NCBI GenBank assembly: GCA_038330085.1 | Contig: JBBQNP010000002.1 | Coordinates: forward strand, 20,537 to 84,536 | DNA length: 64,000 nt | Reading direction: 5' to 3' | From: Planctomycetota bacterium | GTDB taxonomy: Bacteria; Planctomycetota; UBA1135; GCA-002686595 | In this document: piece after piece, positions 35,693-45,062 of the stretch | How positions within the stretch are numbered: the first letter of the stretch is position 1 | How the letters are laid out: every line of letters begins with the position of its first letter | Position numbers and translations under genes: made by a program | The notes under the pieces: generated by a model | What the model saw: the letters and a program-made list of their open reading frames with translations, nothing else | The model's database searches: none | What the model was told of the DNA's origin: nothing

Positions 35693-37083
35693 AGCGCCTG
35701 TCCGAGCTGGGCCAGTGTTTCCAGGGCGTGATCCCCTCGGTGATCGCGACGTGCAGCGCCGACGGCGAGCCGAACATCACGTACTTGTCGCAGGTGTATT
35801 ACGTGGACGAGCGGCATGTCGCGCTGTCGTGCCAGTTCTTCAACAAGACGCGCCGCAACGTCGACGAGAACCCGCACGCGACGGTCGTGATGCACGACCC
35901 GGTCGACTTCGCCGCGTGGAGGCTGCAACTTCGGCTCGTGCGCGTCGAAACTTCGGGCGCGCTGTTCGACTCGATGTCGGCGCGGATCGACGTGATCGCG
36001 TCGCACACGGGGATGGCGGGCGTGTTCAGGCTGATCTCCGCCGACGTGTACGAAGTGCTCGCGTACGACGAGGTCCAGGGCTTCCTCGCGCCGCCCGATT
36101 CTGTGCTTTACGCACAAGCGCCGCCGACCCCGCCGGGTCCGATGACGGAGTTGCGCGGGTTGCAGAGCGTGAGCCAGCGGATTGCGGGAGCCACCGACCT
36201 CGACGACTTGATCAGTGGTGCGTTGGAAGCACTCGGCGAGTGTCTCGGGTTTGCGCACTCGATGGTGCTCTTGTCCGACGAATGCACGGGCAAGCTCGTG
36301 ACGATCGCGACCCGTGGCTACGGCACGATGGGCTTCGGCGCCGAAGTGTCGCCGGGCCAGGGCGTGATCGGGATGGCCGCGGACAAGCGTCGCATGATGA
36401 GGATCTCGGGCGTGCGCGCCGAGATGCGCTACGGCCGCGCGATCCGCAAGCGCGTGCACGAGATCGGCGAGCACGATGTGTTGGGCCCGGAGATCCCGTT
36501 GCCCGGTCTGGCCGACGCGCAGGTGCAGATGGCGCTCCCGCTGATGGTGGGACAGCGGTTGGTCGGCGTGCTCGCGGTGGAGAGCGAGGATCCCCTCTTT
36601 TTCGACGATTGGGACGAAGCCTATTTGCAGATCGTGGCGAACCAGATCGCGCTCGGCGTCGATCGGATGCAGACGATCGACGAGGAGTCGGAGGAAGCTG
36701 CACGGGCTGCAGCGCGTCCCACAAAAGGTGGCGCGTCCCCCGCGCGCCATGCGCGTACGCGCAAATTCGTCTACTACAAGAACGACGATTGCGTGTTCGT
36801 CGACGGCGAGTACCTGATCCGCAACGTGCCGGGCAAGATCCTGTGGAAGATGCTGCGACAGCGCGTCGACCACGGTCAGGGCGAGTTCACCAATCGCGAG
36901 CTGCGGCTCGATCCGACGCTCGGTCTGCCGGCGATCAAGGACAACCTGGAGAGCCGCCTGATCCTCTTGCGCAAACGGCTCGCCGAGAAGTGTCCCGACG
37001 TGCGCATCGTGCCGATCAAGCGCGGCCGGTTCGCGCTGGAGTTCGACAGCGCGATCGAGCTGACCGAGCGGGAACAGGCCTAG
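35689..37083 (+). CDS. Three-domain one-component regulator candidate: PNPOx-like barrel + GAF + OmpR/PhoB-type winged-helix-like C-terminus
   Basis: This lies within ORF 35584..37083(+), with the start taken at MKRLSELGQCF (ATG 35689). The N-terminus resembles a PNPOx barrel (VIATCSADGEPNITYLSQVYYVDERHVALSCQFFNKTRRNV). The middle is GAF-like (LGFAHSMVLLSDE...QGVIGMAA...LVGVLAVES). The C-terminal 100 aa is trans_reg_C-like (GEYLIRNVPGKILWKML...ESRLILLRKRLAEKCPDVRIVPIKRGRFAL). Confidence 0.65.
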   Translation: MKRLSELGQCFQGVIPSVIATCSADGEPNITYLSQVYYVDERHVALSCQFFNKTRRNVDENPHATVVMHDPVDFAAWRLQLRLVRVETSGALFDSMSARIDVIASHTGMAGVFRLISADVYEVLAYDEVQGFLAPPDSVLYAQAPPTPPGPMTELRGLQSVSQRIAGATDLDDLISGALEALGECLGFAHSMVLLSDECTGKLVTIATRGYGTMGFGAEVSPGQGVIGMAADKRRMMRISGVRAEMRYGRAIRKRVHEIGEHDVLGPEIPLPGLADAQVQMALPLMVGQRLVGVLAVESEDPLFFDDWDEAYLQIVANQIALGVDRMQTIDEESEEAARAAARPTKGGASPARHARTRKFVYYKNDDCVFVDGEYLIRNVPGKILWKMLRQRVDHGQGEFTNRELRLDPTLGLPAIKDNLESRLILLRKRLAEKCPDVRIVPIKRGRFALEFDSAIELTEREQA

Positions 37084-37126
37084 CCCGCAGCCCGCGATCT
37101 TGCGGGAAAGGGCCACCGAGGATGGA

Positions 37127-37945
37127 TCACATCCTGCGATACCGCGACGAGGCGATCTTGAACAGGCCGAACGCGGCGAACCCTAGCGCCATCGCGGAGA
37201 GGAGAAACCTCCCGAACGGCTGCGCGAGGATCGCGTACACAGCGCCGTTCAGCCCCGACGTTTGCTCCTTGTCGAACGAGAGTGCCGCGTACGCGACCAT
37301 GCCTCCAACCAAACACAGGACCACGCCCTTGACTACGAATCCGACCTGACCCAGGCGCTCCAATCCGACGCGCGCACCTTCCGACATCGAGGACGTGTCG
37401 AGCTTCTCACGAAAGGCCATGGTCAGGCCCATTTTCGTACCGGCGACGCCGATGGCCATGGTGATCAGGCCCGCGCACACGACGATCGGCGTGCCGCCCG
37501 GCCAAGCCAACACACCGGAGATGGCCTGCTGCTTGGACTGCGATCCCTTGGATCCGAGGCCGAGCGAGACCGCGGTCGCAGTGGCTCCAAGCGCGCCATG
37601 GAAGAGCGCCTTGCCCGCACTGCGAAGGCGCAGGCTGAGCCTCTCGACGCCGTCGCGGTCGCGATGACCGAAGATCGCTTCGCTCGCCTGCCACAGCGCG
37701 AGGGCGCCGAATCCGATCGCCGCGATCCACAGGAGAACTCTCCCGAGCGGCTGATCCCTCAAGGTGCGCAGCGCCCCCATCAAGTCGACGCTCTCGTCCG
37801 GGGATCCGCCCCACGCGATCTGGAACGCCAGGATTCCGATGACGATGTGGACCACGCCGTAGGCGATCCAACCGACGCGCGCGAGGAACTCGAGCGCGGC
37901 ATTGTCCCCGAAGTTCCGAGCTCTCGCGCCCTCTGCGTTGGACAT
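37127..37945 (-). CDS. DUF1206 family membrane protein
   Basis: This is the C-terminal 272 aa of ORF 37127..38419(-), with the start taken at MSNAEGARARNF (ATG 37945). It has three repeats of the DUF1206 pattern (LARVGWIAYGVVHIVIGILAF; LERLGQVGFVVKGVVLCLVGG). Confidence 0.65.
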   Translation of the reverse strand: MSNAEGARARNFGDNAALEFLARVGWIAYGVVHIVIGILAFQIAWGGSPDESVDLMGALRTLRDQPLGRVLLWIAAIGFGALALWQASEAIFGHRDRDGVERLSLRLRSAGKALFHGALGATATAVSLGLGSKGSQSKQQAISGVLAWPGGTPIVVCAGLITMAIGVAGTKMGLTMAFREKLDTSSMSEGARVGLERLGQVGFVVKGVVLCLVGGMVAYAALSFDKEQTSGLNGAVYAILAQPFGRFLLSAMALGFAAFGLFKIASSRYRRM

Positions 37946-38185
37946 TGCGGTGCTCTCGGACAGGGCTGGGTCGTGGAGGCGCAGCGCCGTTGGTTCGACC
38001 AGGCACGCCTTGCGGGAGTGCGAAAATCCGATCGATCGGATGCTTCGACAGCGGCTCGCGCTGCAGGATATCAAGAGGTCGGCGCGCGACGGAGGACGCA
38101 GCGATACAGGCTGCCGATCTTGCGACAACACCCGGCGATCTGACGGTATGTTTCGCGCCCAGCCGGCACGTCCAGCCCCTTCACG

Positions 38186-39880
38186 ATGTCCTATCTCCCC
38201 GGCGCAGATCCGATGCTCACGCTGGCCGTCGTCATCGCCGCCGGCGTGGCTTCGAGCTGGCTGGCGAAGTCGGTGCGTCTCCCGGGAATCACCGGTCAGA
38301 TCCTGATCGGCGTGCTGATCGGGCCGGTCTTGAGGATCTTCGATCCAGAAGCCGTGCACGGGCTGCAGCCGCTGACGCAGTTCGCGCTCAGCTTGATGGC
38401 GGTCACCGTCGGCACGCACCTGAACATCAAGCGTTTGCGGAACGCGTTCCGTCGCTTGGCGCTGTTGTTCCTGTTCGAGGCCACGATCACCCCGATCATC
38501 GTTTTCCTGGGACTGTCGTTGATCCCGAGCATGGAGTGGAGCGCGTCGGCGTTGCTTGCGGCGATGGCGGTGTCGACCGCACCGGCAACGATCGTGGCAC
38601 TCGTCAAGGAAACGCGTTCGCGCGGCGTGTTCGTGAAGACCCTCGTCGCGGCCGTCGCGTTGAACAACGTGGCGTGCATCCTGCTCTTCGAGCTGGCGCG
38701 CGCGCTCGGAGATGCCGGTTACGACCCCTCGGGCAAGACGAGCCTGATGTCAGCGCTCCTGGCACCCGCGCACCAGATGGGCGTCGCCGCGTTGATCGGC
38801 GGGCTCGCAGCGGTCGCGATGTACTTGATGCAGCGTTTCGTCGTGCGGCCGGCGACGGTCAGCACGGCAGGCGTGCTGGCCATCTTGCTGACGTCGGGGC
38901 TGTCGCACTACCTGCACGTCTCGCCGCTCTTGTCGTGTTTGTTCCTCGGCGTCGTGCAGACGAACATGACTGCGGAGCGCGAGAAGCTCGTCGACAAGCT
39001 CTTCGCGAACTTCCAGCCGGCGATCCTGGCGATCTTCTTCACGCTGGCGGGCATGGAGCTCGACCTCGGGCTGGCGCAGACCGCCGGCGTGGTCGGCGTC
39101 GTGTTCTTCGTCACGCGCGTGGCCGGGAAGCTGCTCTCCGCGCGCATCGCGACGCACCTCGGCGGCGCCACCGACAAGGTGCGCAAGTACTTGGGGCCGG
39201 CGCTCCTGCCGCAAGCGGGTTTGGCGATCGGGCTCGTGCTGATCCTGCAGGACGATCCTGCGCTCGCGGACCGTCAGGAGATGACGCACCTGATGCTTGC
39301 GGTGGTGCTGACGGTGGTCACGCTGAACGAGATCATCGGTCCGATCCTCACGAAGATGGCGCTGGTCCGCTCGGGAGAAGCCGGCGGGGATCGGCGCCGG
39401 CTGCTCGATTTCATCCAGGAGCAGAACATCAGCACGGACTTCACGGCTGAGACGATGAGCGAAGCGATCGAGAAGTCGATCGATCACATGATTCAATCGC
39501 ACCACATCAAGGTCGATCGCGACACGTTGCTGGCCAGCGTGCTCGAGCGCGAGTCGCAGGCATCGACCTGTGTCGGCGGCGGGCTGGCAGTGCCGCACGC
39601 GATCCTGCCTGCGGGTCACCCGATGGTCGGCGTGATGGGCCTGTCGAAATCCGGTTTGGCGTTCGAGACGCCCGACGATCGTCCCGTGCATTGCGTGGTG
39701 TTGTTGGCGAGCTCGATGGACGAGAGCATGCGCCACCTGCAGATCCTGGCGACGCTGGCGCGCACGATCGGAACGGATCCGACGATGCAGGATCGGCTCT
39801 TCAACGCGTCGAGCCCAGCGCACGCAGCGGAGATCCTGCACGGCGAGGAGTCGGAGGACTTCAACGTGTTCTTGGAGTGA
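38186..39880 (+). CDS. Cation:proton antiporter (CPA/Na+-H+ exchanger family) fused to a C-terminal PTS EIIA(Ntr)-type domain
   Basis: ORF 38186..39880(+). It has about 12 TM segments (GITGQILIGVLIGP...), then an EIIA_2-like module (RESQASTCVGGGLAVPHAILPAGHPMVGVMGLSKSGLAF ... HCVVLLAS) with a phosphorylatable His context (AVPHA). Confidence 0.8.
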   Translation: MSYLPGADPMLTLAVVIAAGVASSWLAKSVRLPGITGQILIGVLIGPVLRIFDPEAVHGLQPLTQFALSLMAVTVGTHLNIKRLRNAFRRLALLFLFEATITPIIVFLGLSLIPSMEWSASALLAAMAVSTAPATIVALVKETRSRGVFVKTLVAAVALNNVACILLFELARALGDAGYDPSGKTSLMSALLAPAHQMGVAALIGGLAAVAMYLMQRFVVRPATVSTAGVLAILLTSGLSHYLHVSPLLSCLFLGVVQTNMTAEREKLVDKLFANFQPAILAIFFTLAGMELDLGLAQTAGVVGVVFFVTRVAGKLLSARIATHLGGATDKVRKYLGPALLPQAGLAIGLVLILQDDPALADRQEMTHLMLAVVLTVVTLNEIIGPILTKMALVRSGEAGGDRRRLLDFIQEQNISTDFTAETMSEAIEKSIDHMIQSHHIKVDRDTLLASVLERESQASTCVGGGLAVPHAILPAGHPMVGVMGLSKSGLAFETPDDRPVHCVVLLASSMDESMRHLQILATLARTIGTDPTMQDRLFNASSPAHAAEILHGEESEDFNVFLE

Positions 39881-39956
39881 ACGACACCGCGGTCCCTGGC
39901 GCCGTCGCACACGCAGACGCGCTGCGATCCGAGCTCGGTGTCCTGCGCGAACGTAG

Positions 39957-41423
39957 TCAGCGCGCCTTCGGACGTGGGGCGGCGGGTGCCTTGCTCTGAT
40001 CCTCACCCAAGAGGTTCTCACCCTCCTTGAGCAGGTCGGACTGCTGCGCTTGTTCCTCGATGACGGCGGACTCGCTGGACAGTCCGCCTTCCGCCTTCGT
40101 GGAGGCCTCGGCGTGCTCACCGACCGGCACCGCCGGAGCAGCTCGTCCCGCAGCTCGTCCAGCGGCGGCAGCAGTCGGTGCATCCGCCGGCTTTCCTTGG
40201 AGCATGTTGACCGGGACGCCCTGCGGGAAGATGACCTCGCGGGCATCATCGGGCATCGAGATCCCCGCTTGTTGGTAGGCGCGCTTCACGAGTCGGATGA
40301 CCGACGAGCGCACCTTCAGCCAACTGTGCTCGCGTCCGTTCAGCCAGAAGTAGACGCGCAGTACGACGGTCGAGCTGCCCAAGCTCTCCACGAGCACTGC
40401 AGGCTCCGGGTCCTTCAGCACGGCCGGGTGATCTTGCATGACCTTGCGCGCAGTCTCTTGCGCCAGGCTGATCGCGTCGTCGTAGCCGATGCCGACCGTG
40501 AAGCTGTCGCGACGGTTCGCGTTCGTGGTGAAGTTGCTGAGGCTGCTCTTGTAGACGGTGGAGTTGGGGATCTGGGTCAGGTTGCCGTCGAGCGTCATCA
40601 GGATCGTCGTGCGGACGTTGAGCTGTTGCACGTATCCGGTCACGCCCGCGATCTCGACCAGGTCTCCGGTCTCGAACGGCCGCTGCATGCTGAGGAAGAT
40701 GCTGGAGAGGAAGTTCTCGGTGATGTCGCGGAATGCGATGCCGAGGATCAGGCCGAGCAAGCCCGTGCCGCCGACCAGCGTCAGCGCCAACTGCGTCAGG
40801 CCGGCCGCCCGGAGAACGAGGTAGACGCCGCACAGGAAGACGAGTCCGCCGATGCTCAGCGCGATCACGTTCTGCAGGAGCTTCGCGCGCACGCGCTTGC
40901 GCACGAGCTTCTGGGTCAGGCGTTTCGCCCCCATCGCTGCCACGATCGACAGGGCCAGGACGATCAGCGCGAAGACGATCAGTGGGAGGTTGCGCAGGAA
41001 GTCGCGCCACAGTGCGGACAGGCTGTTCTGCGCCTGGGTGAAGTCCAACACCGACGGCACCGGGACCTCCATGCGGTTGACGACGGCGACGACGTCCTGC
41101 GTGTTGCGCGCGAGGTCGCCGGCCCACTTCTTCAGCTCGGCCGACTCGACATTGCCGGTGAGGAAGACGACGCCCTCGTCGACTTTGACGTGCGGCGCGG
41201 TGAACCAGCCCGTCGCCTCGAGCACCCTCTGCAGCCGATCGCGTATCTCCACGTCGTGGGCGAGCGGGTTGACGACGACCTTGTCGGCCGCTTGGGAGAG
41301 TTCCGGTGTGGCTGGCGCGGATGTCGGGGCCGTCTCACCGGGATGCTGCGCCGGCTGTTGCGCGACGAGCGTCGCAGTCAGCGCGATGCAGAGGCAGCCG
41401 GACAACACGACGCGTCGGTACAT
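39957..41423 (-). CDS. Mechanosensitive channel (MscS family) with an N-terminal periplasmic BON domain
   Basis: ORF 39957..41564(-), with the start probably at MYRRVVLSGCLCIALTATLVA (41423). A BON-like segment (EIRDRLQRVLEATGWFTAPHVKVDEGVVFLTGNVESAELKKWAGDLARNTQDVVAVVN) is followed by TM segments and an MscS core (LGLILGIAFRDITENFLSSIFLSMQRPFETGDLVEI). Confidence 0.8.
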   Translation of the reverse strand: MYRRVVLSGCLCIALTATLVAQQPAQHPGETAPTSAPATPELSQAADKVVVNPLAHDVEIRDRLQRVLEATGWFTAPHVKVDEGVVFLTGNVESAELKKWAGDLARNTQDVVAVVNRMEVPVPSVLDFTQAQNSLSALWRDFLRNLPLIVFALIVLALSIVAAMGAKRLTQKLVRKRVRAKLLQNVIALSIGGLVFLCGVYLVLRAAGLTQLALTLVGGTGLLGLILGIAFRDITENFLSSIFLSMQRPFETGDLVEIAGVTGYVQQLNVRTTILMTLDGNLTQIPNSTVYKSSLSNFTTNANRRDSFTVGIGYDDAISLAQETARKVMQDHPAVLKDPEPAVLVESLGSSTVVLRVYFWLNGREHSWLKVRSSVIRLVKRAYQQAGISMPDDAREVIFPQGVPVNMLQGKPADAPTAAAAGRAAGRAAPAVPVGEHAEASTKAEGGLSSESAVIEEQAQQSDLLKEGENLLGEDQSKAPAAPRPKAR

Positions 41424-41810
41424 CTCGCCGAAGCGTCGGCGCCGGCGATCCACGCCGAGTCGATCATTGCGCGTCTGCAGGTCGACGCGAGTGGGCGGCA
41501 CGAGGTCGCTCGCGTGGGGATCGGGTGGCAGGGTCTGACTGTTCACCATTCGCTGACTGTCCATGTTCGGGCCCTGCCGGGCGAGAAGCGCGCGCTCGAG
41601 CTGCGGACGCTCCTAGCTCGTGGTCGGGAGCACCGCGCACCCCGTCGGCCGGCACTCCTGGGATACGCGTTACGCCAGCTCCACCTGCCAGCGTTTCCCG
41701 TTCAGGGATCGGAGCAACAGGACCCTGTGTTCGTCCAGTACTGGCCACGGTTCCCGCATGGAGACCGGGAGCCCATCCCCGCGAAAAGGGCGTCCAATGG
41801 CACCTATTCA

Positions 41811-41880
41811 CCGCATCTGATGCGGCAAAAGAAGTGGATCTTGCGGCGAATAAGGCCGATAATCACCGCACGTCATGCGG
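41811..41880 (+). promoter_or_regulatory. Conserved leader of Fic paralog 1: two CCGCA-N5-TGCGG hairpins 55 nt apart, the second covering the start codon
   Basis: CCGCAtctgaTGCGG lies at 41811-25. CCGCAcgtcaTGCGG lies at 41866-80 and contains ATG 41875. A third TGCGG sits in CTTGCGGCGAAT (41840-51). The same architecture occurs at 55639-55708. Confidence 0.45.
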
Positions 41881-42987
41881 CAAAAAGGTACCTACATCCA
41901 CGAGAAGCCCGGCTGGCCCGTCTTCGCCTGGGAGGACGAGAAACTCGTCCGATTGCTCGCCGCAGTGCGGCATCAGCAAGGTCGCCTGCTCGGCAAGATG
42001 GAATCGCTGGGCTTCGAAGTGCGGTCGGAAGCCAGCCTCGTCGCGCTCACCCGAGACGTGGTGACCTCGTCCGCGATCGAGGGCGAGGAGTTGAACGCGG
42101 ATGAAGTGCGCTCCTCGATCGCGCGCAGGCTGGGCCTCGACGTCGGTGGTCTGCCGAAGGCCGGACGTGATGTCGAAGGCGTCGTCGAGATGATGCTCGA
42201 CGCGACACAACGCTTCGAAGCGCCGCTCACGAAGCAGCGGCTCTTCGATTGGCATTCCGCACTGTTCCCCACCGGGCGCAGCGGGTTGATGCGCATCAGG
42301 ATCGGTGCATGGCGCACCGCGGATTCCGGTCCGATGCAGGTGGTGTCCGGCCCGATGGGCCGCGAGAGGGTGCACTTCGAAGCACCCGTTGCGGAACGAA
42401 TACCTGCGGAGATGAAGCGGTTCATCGACGCGTTCAACGCCAAGGCGACCGTCGACCCGGTGCTCGCTGCGGCGATCGCGCACCTGTGGTTCGTCACGAT
42501 CCATCCGTTCGAGGACGGCAACGGTCGGATCGCGCGCGCGATCGCCGACATGGCGCTCGCGCGGGCCGACGGCACGCAGGAGCGCTTCTACAGCATGTCA
42601 TCTCAACTCGAGGCGGAGCGGAAGGACTACTACAGCGAGCTCGAGACGGTGCAGCGCGGAGGGTTGAACATCACAGGTTGGCTCGTGTGGTTTCTGGGAT
42701 GTCTGGGACGCGCCATCGATGGGGCAGACGGAATGCTCTCCGCAGTGCTTCACAAGGCAAAGGTCTGGCAGCACGTCAGCCAGACATCGATCAACGATCG
42801 CCAGCGTCTCGTCATCGAGCGCATGCTGAACGGCTTCCAAGGCTTCCTGTCGACGTCGAAGTACGCGAAGCTCGCCAAGTGCTCGACCGACACGGCGCTG
42901 CGCGACATACGCGAGCTCGTGGAGCACGGCATCCTGATGCAGAACGCGAGCGGCGGGCGCAGCACGAGCTATCGGCTGGTGGACTGA
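41875..42987 (+). CDS. Fic family protein (DUF4172/Fic_N + Fido + C-terminal wHTH), paralog 1
   Basis: ORF 41875..42987(+). It has the Fic motif HPFEDGNGRIARAI, and the N-terminal MRQKGTYIHEKPGWPVFAW is typical of DUF4172. Confidence 0.9.
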   Translation: MRQKGTYIHEKPGWPVFAWEDEKLVRLLAAVRHQQGRLLGKMESLGFEVRSEASLVALTRDVVTSSAIEGEELNADEVRSSIARRLGLDVGGLPKAGRDVEGVVEMMLDATQRFEAPLTKQRLFDWHSALFPTGRSGLMRIRIGAWRTADSGPMQVVSGPMGRERVHFEAPVAERIPAEMKRFIDAFNAKATVDPVLAAAIAHLWFVTIHPFEDGNGRIARAIADMALARADGTQERFYSMSSQLEAERKDYYSELETVQRGGLNITGWLVWFLGCLGRAIDGADGMLSAVLHKAKVWQHVSQTSINDRQRLVIERMLNGFQGFLSTSKYAKLAKCSTDTALRDIRELVEHGILMQNASGGRSTSYRLVD

Positions 42988-43034
42988 CAGGGTCCGGATC
43001 GCTGACTGCGGAGGCTGGCCTCCCCTGCGTAGTC

Positions 43035-44984
43035 TCACCGACTCGACGATTCGTCCTTCGCGCTCGCCCCGTTGGGACGCTCGCCTTCGAGGTGCGTCAG
43101 GAGCTCGACCATCCGTTCGAGCAGCGCGGCATCGGAGGGCTGGCCGAAGTTGCGCAGCGCGACCTCCTTGACGAACAGGTGCACGAGGTAGCGCAAGCGG
43201 CGCGCTTCCGAGTTCTCGACGAGCCGGTAGTCGCGGTGCGCGCCGTTGAACTGCCAACTGCCCGCGACGAGGCGCGAGCGCCAGGTCTCACCCGGCGCGC
43301 TGACCGCTTCGGGTTCGGGGATCCCGGACACGCGCTCTTGCGCGGCGAGTTCGGCCAGGACTTCGATCTCGACGTACGCCTCGACCACGGTTCCATCTTG
43401 TCGCGCGCGCACGACGATGCGTCCGCTGCCGGGCTCATCCGACGCCGCGAAGCGCGCTTCGTTCGACGAGGCGACCAGCGTTCCCGTGCCGTCGAGACGC
43501 CAATCCCAATTGATTGCGCCCTCCGGCGTGCGTCCGTCTTCGTCGAGCGCGCGTGCGCGCAACGTACGCACGGCACCGGGAGCCACGCGCAGCTTCGACG
43601 GCGTCACGCGCACTCGGTGCAGCGGACCAGGTGGGAACAGCGCGGGCTCGGATGCGGCGTAGGTTTCCGATTCGGACCTCGCCTCGGTGACAGGGCGGGG
43701 TTCGGCGGTCTCGCCGGTTTCCAACTCAGCGCCGCGCGAGAGCGAGTTCGCGAACTCACCGTCCGCTTCGTTCCCTGCGGCTGTTCCACGCGCTCCCGGA
43801 ACGCCGACATCGGCGCGTTCGCCGTTGCGCGTCGCATCGGCGCCGCGCCCGCGCACGTCGAACAAGTCGTACTCCGGCAGCGAGCTCGCGACCCGCCGGA
43901 ACGCGCGACGAATTTCGCGCGCCATGTTCTTGTTCTTCTGCTCGGAGCGAACGCGCTCGTCGTCGTGGATCAGCGCCATCAGCTCCATCTCGAGCGGAGC
44001 GAGCGCCGTGAGGAACGCGAGCGCTGCCTCATCGCGCTGGAAACCGCGTCGCGTTCCAGGCGCGACCTCGAGCTCGGGAAAGTCGATCACGCCCTCGATG
44101 CGGCCCGATGCCCACGGACCGAGGCGGCCGTCCTCGTCGAAGGCCTGAATCATGTCGTCGAGCACGGTGGTTCCCCCGCACGCGAGCTGCACGTGCCCGT
44201 GCCGCTCTTCCTCGGACGAGATGAGATAGAGCTCGAGCCGCGCTTCCTCCCGACCAGGCACGGGCAGCTCCGAAAGCTGCGCGAGGTGTCGCCCGAGAAA
44301 GCGCATCGGTCGCACGACGAAGTGCTTGTGCGCGCGCCCGCGAGAGACGCGGTCGTGGATGTGCAGCTCGACGTCGCGTCCGAGAAGTTGTCCGCGCAAT
44401 TCGCTCGCGAGGTACGCCTGCAGACGACCCGGTCGGATCTGTCGCGCAGCACCCTCGTGCACGAAGCGGATCACGACTTCGGTGGACGTCGGCGTTTCAC
44501 CGATGGAGCGCGCGCGCAGTCGTTCGATGATCGCGTCGGACTTTTCCTCCTCGAGGCGCAAGACCCAACCTTCTTCGCTGCCGACGCGCGTGCGGATCTC
44601 CATGTTGCGGCCGACGGACCAGAAGCCGAGCAGACCGATGCCGTACTTGCCGAGCGCCATGAGCTCGCGCCGCTGCGAAGGTGTGAGGTCGCGCTTGTGC
44701 GAGTGACCGATGGTGGTCGCGATGCGGCGCAGCGCTTCCTCGCGCGGCAGGTCGGGAAACACTCCCGCTCCGTCGTCGAGGACCTTCAACACGCGCGCGC
44801 CCTTGTCGTTGAGCCACGTGATCTCGATGCGCCGCGCACCCGCGTCGAGCGAGTTCTGGACGAGCTCGCAGACCGCCTTGCGCGGATCGTTCTGACTGCG
44901 CGCGAGCAGTCGGATGAGATCGAAGGAGTCGGCGGGCTTGAGCTTGACGCGACTCGGTTTGTGGGGGGACGGTCGGGCAGTCAT
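43035..44984 (-). CDS. GHKL-superfamily ATPase (MutL/MORC/Hsp90-like HATPase_c_3) with a C-terminal Ig-like (Big_2-like) segment
   Basis: ORF 43035..44984(-). It has an N-box (AVCELVQNSLDAGARRIEI), a G1 box (KVLDDGAGV) and a G2 box (LGKYGIGLLGFWSVG). Residues ~470-550 (VRVTPSKLRVAPGAVRTLRARALDEDGR...VVEAYVEIEV) resemble a bacterial Ig-like domain. Confidence 0.75.
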   Translation of the reverse strand: MTARPSPHKPSRVKLKPADSFDLIRLLARSQNDPRKAVCELVQNSLDAGARRIEITWLNDKGARVLKVLDDGAGVFPDLPREEALRRIATTIGHSHKRDLTPSQRRELMALGKYGIGLLGFWSVGRNMEIRTRVGSEEGWVLRLEEEKSDAIIERLRARSIGETPTSTEVVIRFVHEGAARQIRPGRLQAYLASELRGQLLGRDVELHIHDRVSRGRAHKHFVVRPMRFLGRHLAQLSELPVPGREEARLELYLISSEEERHGHVQLACGGTTVLDDMIQAFDEDGRLGPWASGRIEGVIDFPELEVAPGTRRGFQRDEAALAFLTALAPLEMELMALIHDDERVRSEQKNKNMAREIRRAFRRVASSLPEYDLFDVRGRGADATRNGERADVGVPGARGTAAGNEADGEFANSLSRGAELETGETAEPRPVTEARSESETYAASEPALFPPGPLHRVRVTPSKLRVAPGAVRTLRARALDEDGRTPEGAINWDWRLDGTGTLVASSNEARFAASDEPGSGRIVVRARQDGTVVEAYVEIEVLAELAAQERVSGIPEPEAVSAPGETWRSRLVAGSWQFNGAHRDYRLVENSEARRLRYLVHLFVKEVALRNFGQPSDAALLERMVELLTHLEGERPNGASAKDESSSR

Positions 44985-45062
44985 CAGGCGGGAGAGGATA
45001 GCTTGGGGACAGTCTTTCGGGGCCCATCACGCCAGTGCCGCTAGATGAGTGGGGTGCGTCCG

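Noticed and set aside
41820-42104. An upstream ATG giving MRQKKWILRR..., which shares its first four codons with the Fic start MRQKGTY
   Set aside because: It is out of frame with Fic (55-nt offset), and its product is Arg-rich shadow text. The similarity is explained by duplication of the CCGCA-N5-TGCGGCAAAA hairpin unit, reported as a regulatory feature instead.
42249-45044. A 931-aa plus-strand ORF spanning the Fic 3' half and the GHKL ATPase locus
   Set aside because: It crosses a real convergent gene boundary and is Arg/Asp/Glu-rich. The Fic (plus) and GHKL (minus) frames carry diagnostic motifs instead.
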